DNA of 64,000 nucleotides from Mobula hypostoma. Lineage: Eukaryota. The first letter of the stretch is position 1. Every line of letters begins with the position of its first letter. The translations under genes were made by a program, and so were the position numbers. Positions 40,600 through 52,214 of the stretch are shown piece after piece. The notes beneath the pieces are model-generated. The model was not told the origin of the DNA. It saw nothing but the letters and a program-made list of their open reading frames with translations, and did not search any database. The stretch covers positions 8,992,001 through 9,056,000 of the forward strand of contig NC_086109.1 of assembly GCF_963921235.1 (NCBI RefSeq), written 5' to 3'.

Positions 40600-41017
40600 C
40601 CAATTTCTGGCATTTCAGGCAGCAATGGTGGTCCTTCATCTGTGATGGGGTTCAGGGCATCCTTCATTGTGTCAGTAACTTCCTCTCTGTTTTCACTACG
40701 GTCAGTCATGCAAGTCCCAGGTGGAGACTTGGGAATACCGTCACTCTCAGATGCAGGAGGATTATTGGATTCTTCATTGCCATTTCCTTAACAGTTTTGT
40801 TTCACCAGTCAGGGTTGTTAGCCGTGGGCTGAGCCCCTGAACCTGGAGGACCAGTGGACCACTCTTAGTCTGACCTCTACCCTTTGACCTGTTTGGCCTG
40901 GGTGACCCTACCAAGAGCCAAAGCATAAAGTCCTGACTCCAGCCAGCATAGCTCTCCAAGTCATTGAAGCACACAAGTCTCCAAACCACGACATGGTTGT
41001 GGTCCTCTTGGAGGTTG
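40600..41017 (-). mobile_element. RTE-like 5'UTR fragment inserted in a Penelope-like end
   Basis: Contains the ggtcctccaggtt...ggctaacaaccct motif that I associate with RTE 5' regions. The flanks join into ...gatgaagggtctcgtccc|aaaatgttgactg. Confidence 0.5.
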
Positions 41018-41672
41018 TCCCAAAATGTTGACTGTTTATTTCCCTTCCACAGATGCTGCCCGACCTACTGAGTTCCTCCAGCATTTTGTGTGAGTTGCTC
41101 TGCATTTCCAGCCTCTGCAGAATCTCTTGTGTTTAGGAGTTCCTGTGCTCGTTGATGGGGTCAGTTAACTGGTGTGATGGTGGCAGTATCCCAGGACTGG
41201 ATTGGTGCCGGTCTCGGTGACTCTTGCACGAAGTTGTGTGCGTGCTGTCAGTCAGATCCGGGTGATGCGGGATGCGCAGGAGATACGCTTGTTCAATGGG
41301 AGTGCAGCATCAGAGAAGGGAAATAAGCGTGTGTTAGTCGCTGTGTTAGCAGTTCAGAACCAAGAACTGCTCTTGGGTTTTGGTACTAGGTTAGTGAAGG
41401 ATTAATGAAATACCTTTTGTTTCTTGACTTTTTGTACTGTACAGCAGCTAATTTAGGTATAGTTTCATCAGGGTTTTCAATATTACTGAACTTGTTGTTT
41501 GTTTTTGCACGTGAGTGGTTTCAAGATATTAAAAATCTATCTCTCCGTCTTTATTCTGTCCTGAAAGCACTCACTCAAACTAGACACTGTGCCATGTCTG
41601 TGAAATAGATCTCAGCCAACGTCCTTTTCTTATCCTCCGTCCGACAGCTTAAAGTGCAATCGTTAGACAACA

Positions 41673-42299
41673 CACTGAATGGCCACTTTATTAGGTACAG
41701 GAGTGGAAACCGGAACGACCGTCTACTGCTGTAGCCCATCCACTTCACGGTTCGACATGTTGTGCATTCAGAGATGCTCGTCTGCACACCACTGTTATTT
41801 GAGTTACTGTTGCCCTCCTATCAGCTTGAACCAGTCTGGCCAAACTCCTCTGACCTTTTCATTACAAGGCGTTTTCACCCACAGAACTGCTACTCATTGG
41901 ATGTTTTTTGTTTGTCACACCATGCTTTGTGAACTCAAGAGTAGGCGTTCCTAACCTTTTATATCTCAGGGACCCCTACCGTTAACCAAGGGGTCCATGG
42001 ACCCCAGGTTAGGAACCCCTGCACTAGAGACTACTGTGCATGAAAATCCCAGGAGATCAGCAGTTTCTGAGATACTCAGGCCACCCCGTCTGGCACTAAT
42101 AATCAAACTCAAAGTCAAAACAATCACAATCAAAGTCACTTAGATCACATTTCTTTCCCATTCTGATGTTTGATCTGAACAACAACTGAACCTTTTGACT
42201 GTGTCTGCATGCTTTCATGCATTGAGTTGTACCATGTGATTGGCTGATTAGACATTTGCATTAACAAGCAGGTGTACCTAATAAAGTGGCCAGTGAACG
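41673..42299. mobile_element. Non-autonomous Tc1-like element with nested hAT-type micro-MITE (41942-42021)
   Basis: TIRs cactgaatggccactttattaggtaca and tgtacctaataaagtggccagtg. Confidence 0.75.
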
Positions 42300-42669
42300 T
42301 AGAGAAGGCAGTTCAGTGTTTGTGGAGACTAGACGTTTAATTTCACTTCCCAATTTAACTTCCCCCATGTTCATTATTGCATTGCAAAGCATCTCATCTT
42401 AATCACTCCTTCCCCCTCATGCTTTCTACCATAAAACTCCTTGAGCTTTATTTGTTTTCAATATCCACTTTCACTTCATGCAGCCGGTTTGAACAGGTTT
42501 AATGCCTTTTGCTCTGCTTCTTGTAAGGTGATTCAGACCGCACGGGCTGCTTGTTACATGGCTGACTACTTCAGCAGTAAAAGCACTGTATTCTTTATTC
42601 ACCCTCTGTATGTCCCTTCTCTGCCTCGCGGCAACTGCAGCGCTCTCGACAAGCAACGATGCCAATGCA

Positions 42670-43680
42670 GAATATAGAACAGTACAGCACAGTCCAGGCC
42701 CTTTGGCCCACAGTGATGTGCCGACCTTCTCTCGTACTCCAGGATCAATCTAACCCTTCCCTGCCACATTGCCCTTCATTTCTCTGTCATCCATGTGCCT
42801 ATCTTAGCTAATGTGTCTGTCTCTACCACTGCCCCTGGCAGTGTATTTCATGCACCCATCACTTACCTCTGACATCCTCCCCTGCACTTTCCTCCCAATA
42901 ACTTAAAAGTTTTGCCCACTTGTATTAGCCGTTTCTGCCCTTGGAAAAAGTCTCCGGCTGTCCAGATGTTCAGACCGAACATCAGAATGGGGAAGAAATG
43001 TGATCTAAGTGACTTTGACCGTGGCGCCAGATGGGATGGTTTGAGTATCTCAGAAAATGCTGATCATCTTGTATGCTTCAATCAAGTCACCTCTCATCCT
43101 CCGCCTTTCCAAAGAACAAAGCCCTAGCTTGTTCAACGTGTCCTCATAGGACATGCTCTTTAACCTAGTTAGCATCCTGGTAAATCTCCTCTGCACTTTC
43201 TGTAAAGCCTCCATGTCCTTCCTATAGTGAGGCACCCAGAAATGAACACAATTCTCCAAATGTGGATTTTATGGAGCTGCAACATTATCTCATGGCTCTT
43301 GAACTCAATTCCCCCGACTAATGAAGAACAACGCACCATAAGCCGCCTTAACCGCTCTCAACTTGCACAGCAACTTTGAGGGATCTATGGTCGTGAACCC
43401 CAAGATCCCACTATTCCTCCACACTGTTGACGAATCCTGCCATTAGCCCTGTAAGCTGCCTTCCAAAGTGAAGTGAACTTTTCCGGATTGAACTCCATCT
43501 GCCACTCTCCCAGCCCAGCCCAGCATCTTGTTAATGCCCCATTGTAACCCACGCCAACCTTCGTCACACTCCACAACACCGCCAACCTTCGTATCATCTG
43601 CAAACTTGCTAACCCACCCTTCAACTTCATTTATAAAAATCGCAAAGAGCAGGGGGTCCCAGAGCAGATCCCCATATGCA
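42670..43680 (-). mobile_element. Decayed CR1-type LINE fragment
   Basis: [14 protein letters not shown] motif and QKVQRRFTRML. Confidence 0.85.
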
Positions 43681-46600
43681 AACCTTTTGCATTCTATCGG
43701 TATTATCAAAAAGGCACAATTTGAACCATATCTCAGCAATAAACTGGATCAGCAATGATAAACCCAGTGAATGTTTTAACTGTGATGCAGAAGTGCTGGC
43801 GTTGAATCCAGAGAGATCACTGTTTTTTTTCTAATGTGAGTCTAAGTCCACTCATCTGTGAGTCTGTGCTGAATGCAAATCTTTACACATCAATGAGAGA
43901 AGGGCTGGTCCCTGCGTCTGGGACCCACATGTTAGTTGTAACTTTGTCCCCTGCATCTGTAATCCACTTAGATGCACAAGAGCTATATGGGTTTCTGTAA
44001 ACGAGTCCTGAGCACACCTAACAGGTACGGCTAGTGCTTGCTTTGAAGGTTTTTTAAAATCTCCTTTTACCCTTTCGGATTGTGCGACTGGTTTTGTGTT
44101 GCGTCCAATTTCCTTTGCAGTCCTGAGACAAGGTTGTAATCAGCGGCTTTTTCACAAGCACTGGAACTGTATGTGTTCTTTTTTTTCCAGCTCGACACTG
44201 GTTTTAGGTGGAGCTTCAGACTAATAAACTTTGTCTCAACACATTTCGGGCAAGATCTGTAATACAAAGTCGGTGCTAAAGATTCAATTAATCGAAAGCT
44301 CACCATTGTCTAAGTCCACACGAATATGTAAGACGTAACATTTTATTTTACACCCTCAAGATGCCCCTCAGTTAAAATCCAGTTTGCCTGTTGGTAGTAG
44401 TGAACAGGAGGGAATGTGAAGTCAGGGGCACAAGAGATTGCACATGCTGGAATCTGCAGCAACAATCTGCTGAAGGAACTCAGCAAGTTGTGCACCATCT
44501 GGTGGGGTGTGTGGTTTGGTAGAAGAAATTGTTGACCATTTATGACGAGGCCCTGAATCGGGATCAAATCCTGACCAGGAACATTAACAATTCTCTTCCC
44601 CTGTACCCCCACCTCTCCACTACCACCACCCCATGGATGGGATTTTGGTGCTTGACCTGCTGTGTTCCTCCAGCTGATTGGTAGTTGCTGCAGGAGGATT
44701 TATTAAAATAAAATCTCGCACTAGTGCAGCCCCCAAACTAAGTATTTTTCCCCTTGAGTCTTCCTCTGTAGTTCATTTTGTCTATGGTTTCTACTGCAGT
44801 CGATAGTTGGTGCGAATGTCCCAAATGGCTGGGTGTCAAAATTACAGAGCAGGATCCTACCAATTAACTCCACGATTAAAACTGAAATTACCTTCCTTAG
44901 TTATTTCTACATTTTCTCCGGATCCTTTGATACCTCTTCCACTGTTTCCCCTCCTCCTTTAAAAACTAAATCACTGGAGGAAGACAGTAGGCCAGGCAGG
45001 GTCTGTGTGGGGAAATATTGCAGTCGGCCATTTCAGTTCAAGACCATTAATTTTCTGCAAGATGCAGATGTGCTGAATTCCTCTAGCATTCTCTGCGTTG
45101 CTCCAGGTCCCGGTATCCGCCATCTGGTGCATCTCCTTTTCAGTGCAAAGCTTGAATTCACCGTCCATCGCAGCCTTTTGGAGCAATGTTCTGCCAACGT
45201 CCGCTTGTGGATTAACAGCATCTTGATTTCACCCCCTAATGAAAACTCTTATTTTAAAATTAATTTGCGCCACATAAAATCCATGAAACTGCCTTTCCCA
45301 GCATCTAGTCTCCGGCCTTCAAATTTCCATGATTTCTTTTGTGCCCACAGCTGTAATCCTCTAATTCCGGCCTTCTGCTCTTTCACTGTACACGGCTGTA
45401 ACTCCGTCTGTCTCAAGACCTAAGCTCTGGAATTAATGCTTTAAACCTCTCCATCTCTGTTTTAGTTGTCTGAAATCTTGTGTTGACCAAACCTTGGGTA
45501 AGCTCGTTAGTCTCAAATGTTGGCTGATAGTATCACTGTGAAGTGGTTGGGGGAGATTTACCTTGTTAAAGTTATCCTATCAATCCGTGCCATAGGAAAG
45601 AACTCTGTACTCAGAGAATCCTTTAAACGACTTGAGCACTGTTTTTATCTTCACATTTTGCATAAATCAGGATTATTGAAAAGATTATTGTCTGCTTTTA
45701 ATTAACTTGCTTACTCAGATTGAGATTACAATTTCCCCTCTATGCCATTATAAATGTGTTTGAATTCAAATTACTGAACAATTTGGATTCTGAATGATCC
45801 GAAAAGGACTCGTTTTGCACATCCTCTAAGATTCATCTTTCAGATCTAAGCAACTTAGGGACAAATATTGGTTATATGTGTACTGGTGGGAGTCCATTGT
45901 GGCAGAGATGGACTGATTAGTTTCATTTTGTGTGTTGTCTACATGTCAGAGCAATGGAAAGGGCTGTAGTTCTTTTTACCTTTTTATAGAAGATTTGGCT
46001 CATCTTTTTGGGAAAGTATTGAGGCCTGTAATTTTTTTTAAAGTCAAGCTTTAAACAAGAATATCCAAAATAGGGATTGTAATTTTAACGTTCTGCCACA
46101 TGATGCCAGCAGTGAGCATTCTTAAGTTGTGTCTGATCTATGAAGCAATAGTTATATTGAACTACAATATTCAAAAAAAGTTCTTGATGCGAGGGGAGGG
46201 GTGCTGAAGATAGTCTTTAAGAATTTTTTCTTTATCTTTATTTAAAATAATTCCCCTTCTCGTTTTCATGATGTGCTCCTACCTCTAACAGAACACACTG
46301 CCCATGTGTTCCCCGGTGACAGATTATAATTCCCCGTTTGCGGAATTGTCTTGTAAGGAATGTAGAATTCTCCCATTTGTCGACCTGAATACAGTTCTCA
46401 ATAGCTGCTTCAGCATTAAACCCATCTGTCAGCTGCATTGGAAAATTGCATTTGCTACCTTTTCGTACGTGTTAAATAGAAATTTACCGTAAATGTACTC
46501 CTCTTCTGAACCCCCATTTGCTGCATTAATATAAGGGGTTGATAGCTTTTGGTTAATCTGTGACCTGCTGTAACCTGTTAGACATTTCAGTCTACTGCCT

Positions 46601-49600
46601 AAGCTAGACATCTCTCCTCAACAGCAACATCGCTCTGTAATAATTACACATTCTGTTTCCCAGTGTTCGCTTTAAATCCTCCTGTTCGTTTTGGTAAGTC
46701 TTGTTGCATACCTGACTAGTTTTCCTAGACTCTCATTCATGTTAGTTTTATTTTTAAATTAGATTATAGCCTACTTGTAGACGGCTTGATATTTTTTGAA
46801 AATATATTAATTTAAATGTTTCCATTGTCGTGAACACTACAATAATTGGTACAAAGAGAATTGTATCTAAGACTTTGACAGGTATATTGTATGTTGTACT
46901 TTTCGTTTGTGAGGACTGTCTTCATTCCCTTCACGCACTTGCACTCTATACTGCGGCAGCTGAGACGAGCATGTATTAAGCCTGGAGGAGACACAGTCTT
47001 TATTGTGAATACCCACTGTCACCTTACAACTTGATGTCAAGGACTGTCACCTTCTGGATTCAAACAACACAAGACTGTGATGGTGCTGACTGCTCTTTGC
47101 ATCTGTGAATACGAACTGTTCTTAACCAGCAGATTTTAAAAAGAACACATATATACTAGTGTACATTTTTGTGAACTTCATAATGTAATATATACATGAA
47201 GATTGTTTTTTTAAAAAAAATTGTCTGGTTTCTTTTATGTCATTGTTTTTATAAAAACAAGGTTTTACTCAGGCCTTTTGTTACCAGGTCCGCAAGGAGG
47301 TGTCGTCCAAGTTCCCTCCTATCGTTTACTGCCCTGCATTTGGAAAGCCCCAGATACACAGGCAGGGGGGTGGGGAGGGGAGGGGAAGGCTTCAATACCA
47401 TCCTGAGGAGACCTCTTTTGTCATTAAATGGAAATTATAACAAGGCCAACTGGTTAGATTTCAGTTGGTCCTAGGGCAGCCAAGTAAACGATTGGTCTTT
47501 TTTTTTGGCATCTGTTATCCTCACAACCGCAATGGGAGGTGCCCAGAAATCAGATGCATGTGGTGGGTCTGGGACGGGGAAGAAAGCACCAGCTTGTACC
47601 CAGTCCAGTTGGCGCACAGAATAAATCCGGGAGCTTGTCAAGATTTGACCGTTTGAACTGATTGAAAGCTGCAAAAGACGAGGTAAATAGAAACCAGCTT
47701 CACCATTGTGGACGAGGTACCTGTCATTATTTTCCGTATAAAGCTCCTCAGCTAATTCCAGACTGGAACAAGCATACTGGTTTCCCCGGATGAGATTCGC
47801 CGCTGTGTTAATTTTACAATTCAAAGGTTTTAAAATTTTTTTTTACTCGGTGTTGAATAAGTCCAATGTTGTTAACGTGGCTGATGTTGTACAGCCGTGT
47901 AAAAAGTTATGTGAATAGGAGTGCATTTTTAAATGCTACTCAGCGATATTAACCAGCAGAACGTTATTAGTCTGAGTTTCAGAACAATCACTGTGTGAGA
48001 ATAGTTAGGCTGACAGCACAAAATATTTTAGGAGGAACATTCCAAATTTCAATCCTCATTCCGGATTTGCAAATATTTATGTAAATGCCTGTGTAAATGG
48101 GGCTGGAGAAATGTCCACTCAAGAAGAGAAAAAAATTGTTTTAAGCACATGCATGAGTTTATTTTTTTGTTTTGGGATTTTTTATAGATAGTGCCATGAG
48201 CCCTTTGAAGGCACGTGGTAGCAAGGAGTGTGGCTGGAGCTGCTCGTGGATCGTATCGTTATGTTGGATGTTCAGTAGCAGGTTCTAAATGTTAGATTAG
48301 GGCACTTTGTGTGTTAGCAAATGTGGCTTGGTATTTACAGCACATTGAATCAGGGTGCAATCCCGTACTGTCTTGGTATGTCAACCAATCTGGATTTCAT
48401 ATCCTGTGATCTGATTTTTTTTTAATAGAAATGATTTTTCTAAACTTTTGTCTTTCTACATCTATTGTTTTGTAAGTTAAAAGTTCCTAATGAAAAAAAA
48501 ATAAAGAGTACAACTTTAGAATTTAACAGTAATAAAATGCCTGTCTCTAAAGCATTTATTCTATTCCGATTGTCTCTCATCTCCATGGTAACAATTTGCA
48601 CTGCTGCAGCCTCACATCATGTCATTAGATTTTCCAAATATTCTTCATGTTAGCTTGCAGAACGTTACAACACAGTAAAGGCCTTTGGAATGCAATGTTG
48701 TACCAAACTTTTTGAATTGAATTGACTTTACTTCTTACATCCTTCACATACACGAGGAGTAAAAATCTTTCTGTTATGTCTCCATCTAAATGTACAATGT
48801 GTAAATTATTGTAATTTGTAATAAGTATTATGTACAGTAAGATATACAACAGACAGTCAGTATAACTTAGAAATACAATTGTGTCAGCGTAAGTTAATCA
48901 GTCTGATGGCCTGGTGGAAGAGGCTGTCCCAGAGCCTGCTGGTCCTGGATTTAATGCTATGGTACTGTTTCCTGGATAGTAGCAGCTGGAACAGTTTGTG
49001 GTTGGGGTGACTCGAGCCCTTTTTACTTACCTATCGCTGTAAGTGTCCTGAATAGTGGGAAGTTCACATCCACCGATGCGCTGGGCTGTCCGCACCACTC
49101 TCTGCAGAGTCCTGCGATTGAGGGAAGTACAGTTCCCATACCAGAGAGTGATGCAGCCAGTCAGGATGCTCTCAATTGTGCCCCTGCAGAAAGTCCTTAG
49201 AATCTGGGGACTCATGCTGAACTTCATCAACCTTCTGAGGTGAAAGAGGTGCTGTTCTCACCACACAGCCGGTATGTACAGACCTACTATTTTAAATGAC
49301 TTCAAGATCAATCTAACCCTTCCCTCCTACATAATCCTCCATTTTTCTATCATCCATGTACTTATCTCGAGTGTCCTTAATGTGTCTGCCTCAACCATCA
49401 CCATGGCAGCACATTCCACGCATTTCACTCTGTGTGGAAAAACTGACCAAACTCTGATGAAGAGCCTCAGGCCCGAAACGTCGACTCTTTATTCCTCTGC
49501 CTGGCCTGCTGAGTTCCTCCAGCATTCTGTGTGCGTTTTTGTTTCCAGCTTTATATTCTATTTATTTTATTCAGGAGTCAGTTTTAGTGCTGATTTTGGT

Positions 49601-49659
49601 GGTCTTGGAAAGAACAAGAATTCAAAGTACAGACCACCAGGTTTGAAAATGTTCAGTTC

Positions 49660-50280
49660 AGTTTTCGTTTATTGTCATTTAGAAATGCATGCATTAAAAA
49701 ATAATACAACGTTCCTCCAGGATGATATCACAAGAAAACACAGGACAAACCAAGACTAAAACTGAGAAAACCACATAATTATAACATATAGTGACAACAG
49801 TGCAAAGCAATACCATAATTTGATAAAGAGCAGACCATGGGCACAGTAATAAATAGTCCCAAAGTCCCGATCGACTCATCATCCCATGCAGGTGGCAGAA
49901 GGGAGGAACTCTCCCCACCATGAACCCCCAAGCGCCGCCAACTTGCTGATGCAGCACCATTGGAAGCACCTGACCGCAGCGGACTGAAAACTTCGCAGTC
50001 CGTCCGAAAACTTCGAGCCTCCGCCAGCCTCTCCGAGCGCTTCAACCCCGCCCCGACCGCCGAGTGACAAGCAAAGCTGAGGACTCGGGGCCTTCCCCTC
50101 CGGAGATTCTGGACCACACAGTAGCAGCAGCAGCGAAGCGGGCATTTCAGAAGTTTCACCAGATGTTCCTCTGTGCTCTCATGTCCATCTCCATCAAATC
50201 AGGATTGTGCACGGCACCCTACTTGACAAATAACAGACATCACCACCAGAGTGGCCGCTGAGAGCTGCGTCACGCCACCA
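49660..50280 (-). mobile_element. Non-autonomous SINE/LINE-derived element with (gaact)n-like tail
   Basis: GC-rich head atggtggcgtgacgcagc on the minus strand and an AATAAA plus tandem tail; a related 3' end occurs at 20480-20820. Confidence 0.5.
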
Positions 50281-51085
50281 TATTAATACTTTGTGTTGAA
50301 TAATCAGTGATCTTTAACTGGAAAATTCCAGAACTATAGGAAATTTGAAACCTGTTCACTGTCCCTCGGAGTTTTCCTCTGCTGTTCTGCTCCCTAACAT
50401 CTGCACTATAAAATTGGATGAATATGTTCTTTTAAGAACTGGGTCGTGCACCTTTATGCAAAGAGAACTATTAAAAATCCAAGCTAATTCTGATGTCCAT
50501 GCACGTTAAATTCCCTAATTTCCTGAAAGTCCTTATTCCAGTCATTCCAACTGCATTGCTGACTCCTGAAAGTCCACAAACAGAAGTCAGTGAGCCCGGA
50601 AGTTAAGGCCCGATGCCGGAGTGTCTGGAAGTCTCAGGCCCATTGCCTGTGAGTCTGGGCCAGGGTTAACAACTTCCAGGTCAGTGAGTCCTGGCATCAA
50701 AAGCCCGTGCAAGTCTTGAGTTCAAGGCCAAACCTTCATGGGCGAGTCCTGGGGTCGATAACCCAAAGCCTGAAAGCTGAGGACCGAAGTTGGCAAGGCC
50801 TGAAAGTCAAGGCCCATTGATCAGGGCATCTGGAAGTTGCAGGCCTGATATATGACCATGAGACATAGGAGTAGAATTAGGCCATTTTGGCCCATCGAGT
50901 CTCCTTCGCCATTCAGTCAACACTGATATATTCTCCGCTTAGCGGGTCAGTCAGCATCTGTGGAGGGGAGAGGATTTGTCCACGTTTTGGGTCAAGCCTT
51001 GATCCTGCTGTGGGATCTCAACCTGAATCGTTGACAATTCCTTCCCTCCCACAGATGCTGCTCGAACTGCTGAACTCCTCCAGCA

Positions 51086-51153
51086 CAGGGGGTAATCAAT
51101 CTGGTGTCTGCGGACCCCGCGATTAATGGTACAGAGAAGGTTGGGAACCCCTG
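51086..51153. mobile_element. 68-bp hAT-type micro-MITE with 8-bp TSD
   Basis: CAGGGG...AACCCCTG ends and a perfect CTCCAGCA TSD. Relatives at ~19661-19741, 41942-42021 and 57501-57585. Confidence 0.75.
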
Positions 51154-52214
51154 CTCCAGCAGATTGTTGATCCTCATTAGGTTATTGTCCGTCTCTGATT
51201 CCTACCCTAGAAAATATAGAGCGAGGGAGCTGGAACTGCTTCTGACAGGTGTCATTGCCTGTTGTGACCAGTGGTGCTGGAGAGAAGCTTCTGACCCATC
51301 ATCTGGCCCATGCTATATCACATAAGGAATGACCTGGATATCCAGCCGCCTCTCCCAATCCCTCAAACTGGAAAGGAATTTTCCTATTTACTGTAATAGT
51401 TCAAGAATGCCACTGTTCTTTGTCATTATCTTCTCCCAGGCATTCCAATTTCTTCCCACTTTCCAAAGACCCACTGGTTCGTAGGTTAATTGGTCACATG
51501 GATGTAATTTGGTCAGGAATCAGAATCGGGTTTCTTATCTCTGACGTGTGTTGTGAAATTTGCTGTTTTGTGGCAGCAGTACAGTGCAATGCATAAAAAG
51601 TTACAATAAGTATATATAAATATAGAAAATATATAAGTAGTGCAAAAAAAGAGCAAAATAGCGTTCATGGACCATTCAAACATCTGATGGTGGAGGGGAA
51701 TAAGCTGTTCCTAAAACCTTCAGCAAGTGCCCTTAGGGCTCCCGTACCTCCTCCCTGATGGTAGCAACGAGAAGATGGCATTAGGGTGGGTGAGGTCCTT
51801 AACAATGGATGCCCCCTTCTTGAGGGATTGTCCTTTGAAAATGTCCTTGTCGGTGGGCAAAGTTGTGCCCACGAGGGAGCTGGCTGAATTTGCAATCCTC
51901 TGCCACTTTCTTTCCGATCCTGTGCCTCCATTCCAGCCGGCGATGCTCTCTATAGTACATCTGTAGGAATTTGCCAGAGTCTTTGGTGACTTACCAAATC
52001 TCCTCAAACTCCTAGTGAAGGATAACCACTCGCGTATCTTCCTTGTCATTGCATCAATATGTTGGAACAAGAATAGATCTTCAGAGATGTTAACGCCCTG
52101 CTCAAGCTTTCCACCGCTGACTGTTGTATGTTCCCTTGACTTGCCCTTCCTGAAGTCCACGATCAGTTCCTTGGTCTTACTGGCATTGAGTGCATGACAC
52201 CACACAACCAGCTC

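Larger units (their letters stand above)
39252..48560 (+). other. USP49: Putative long USP49 3'UTR / downstream transcribed region
   Basis: U-rich, largely non-repeat sequence at 39250-40500 and 43750-48560. AATAAA occurs at ~40207, ~48500 and 48531, the last followed by a U-rich tract. The true end cannot be fixed without RNA data. Confidence 0.4.

Noticed and set aside
44833..45423. 196-aa ORF and the many other 60-200 aa ORFs in the track
   Set aside because: They have no recognisable domains, often use non-ATG starts, and mostly overlap repeats or are antisense to LINE fragments.
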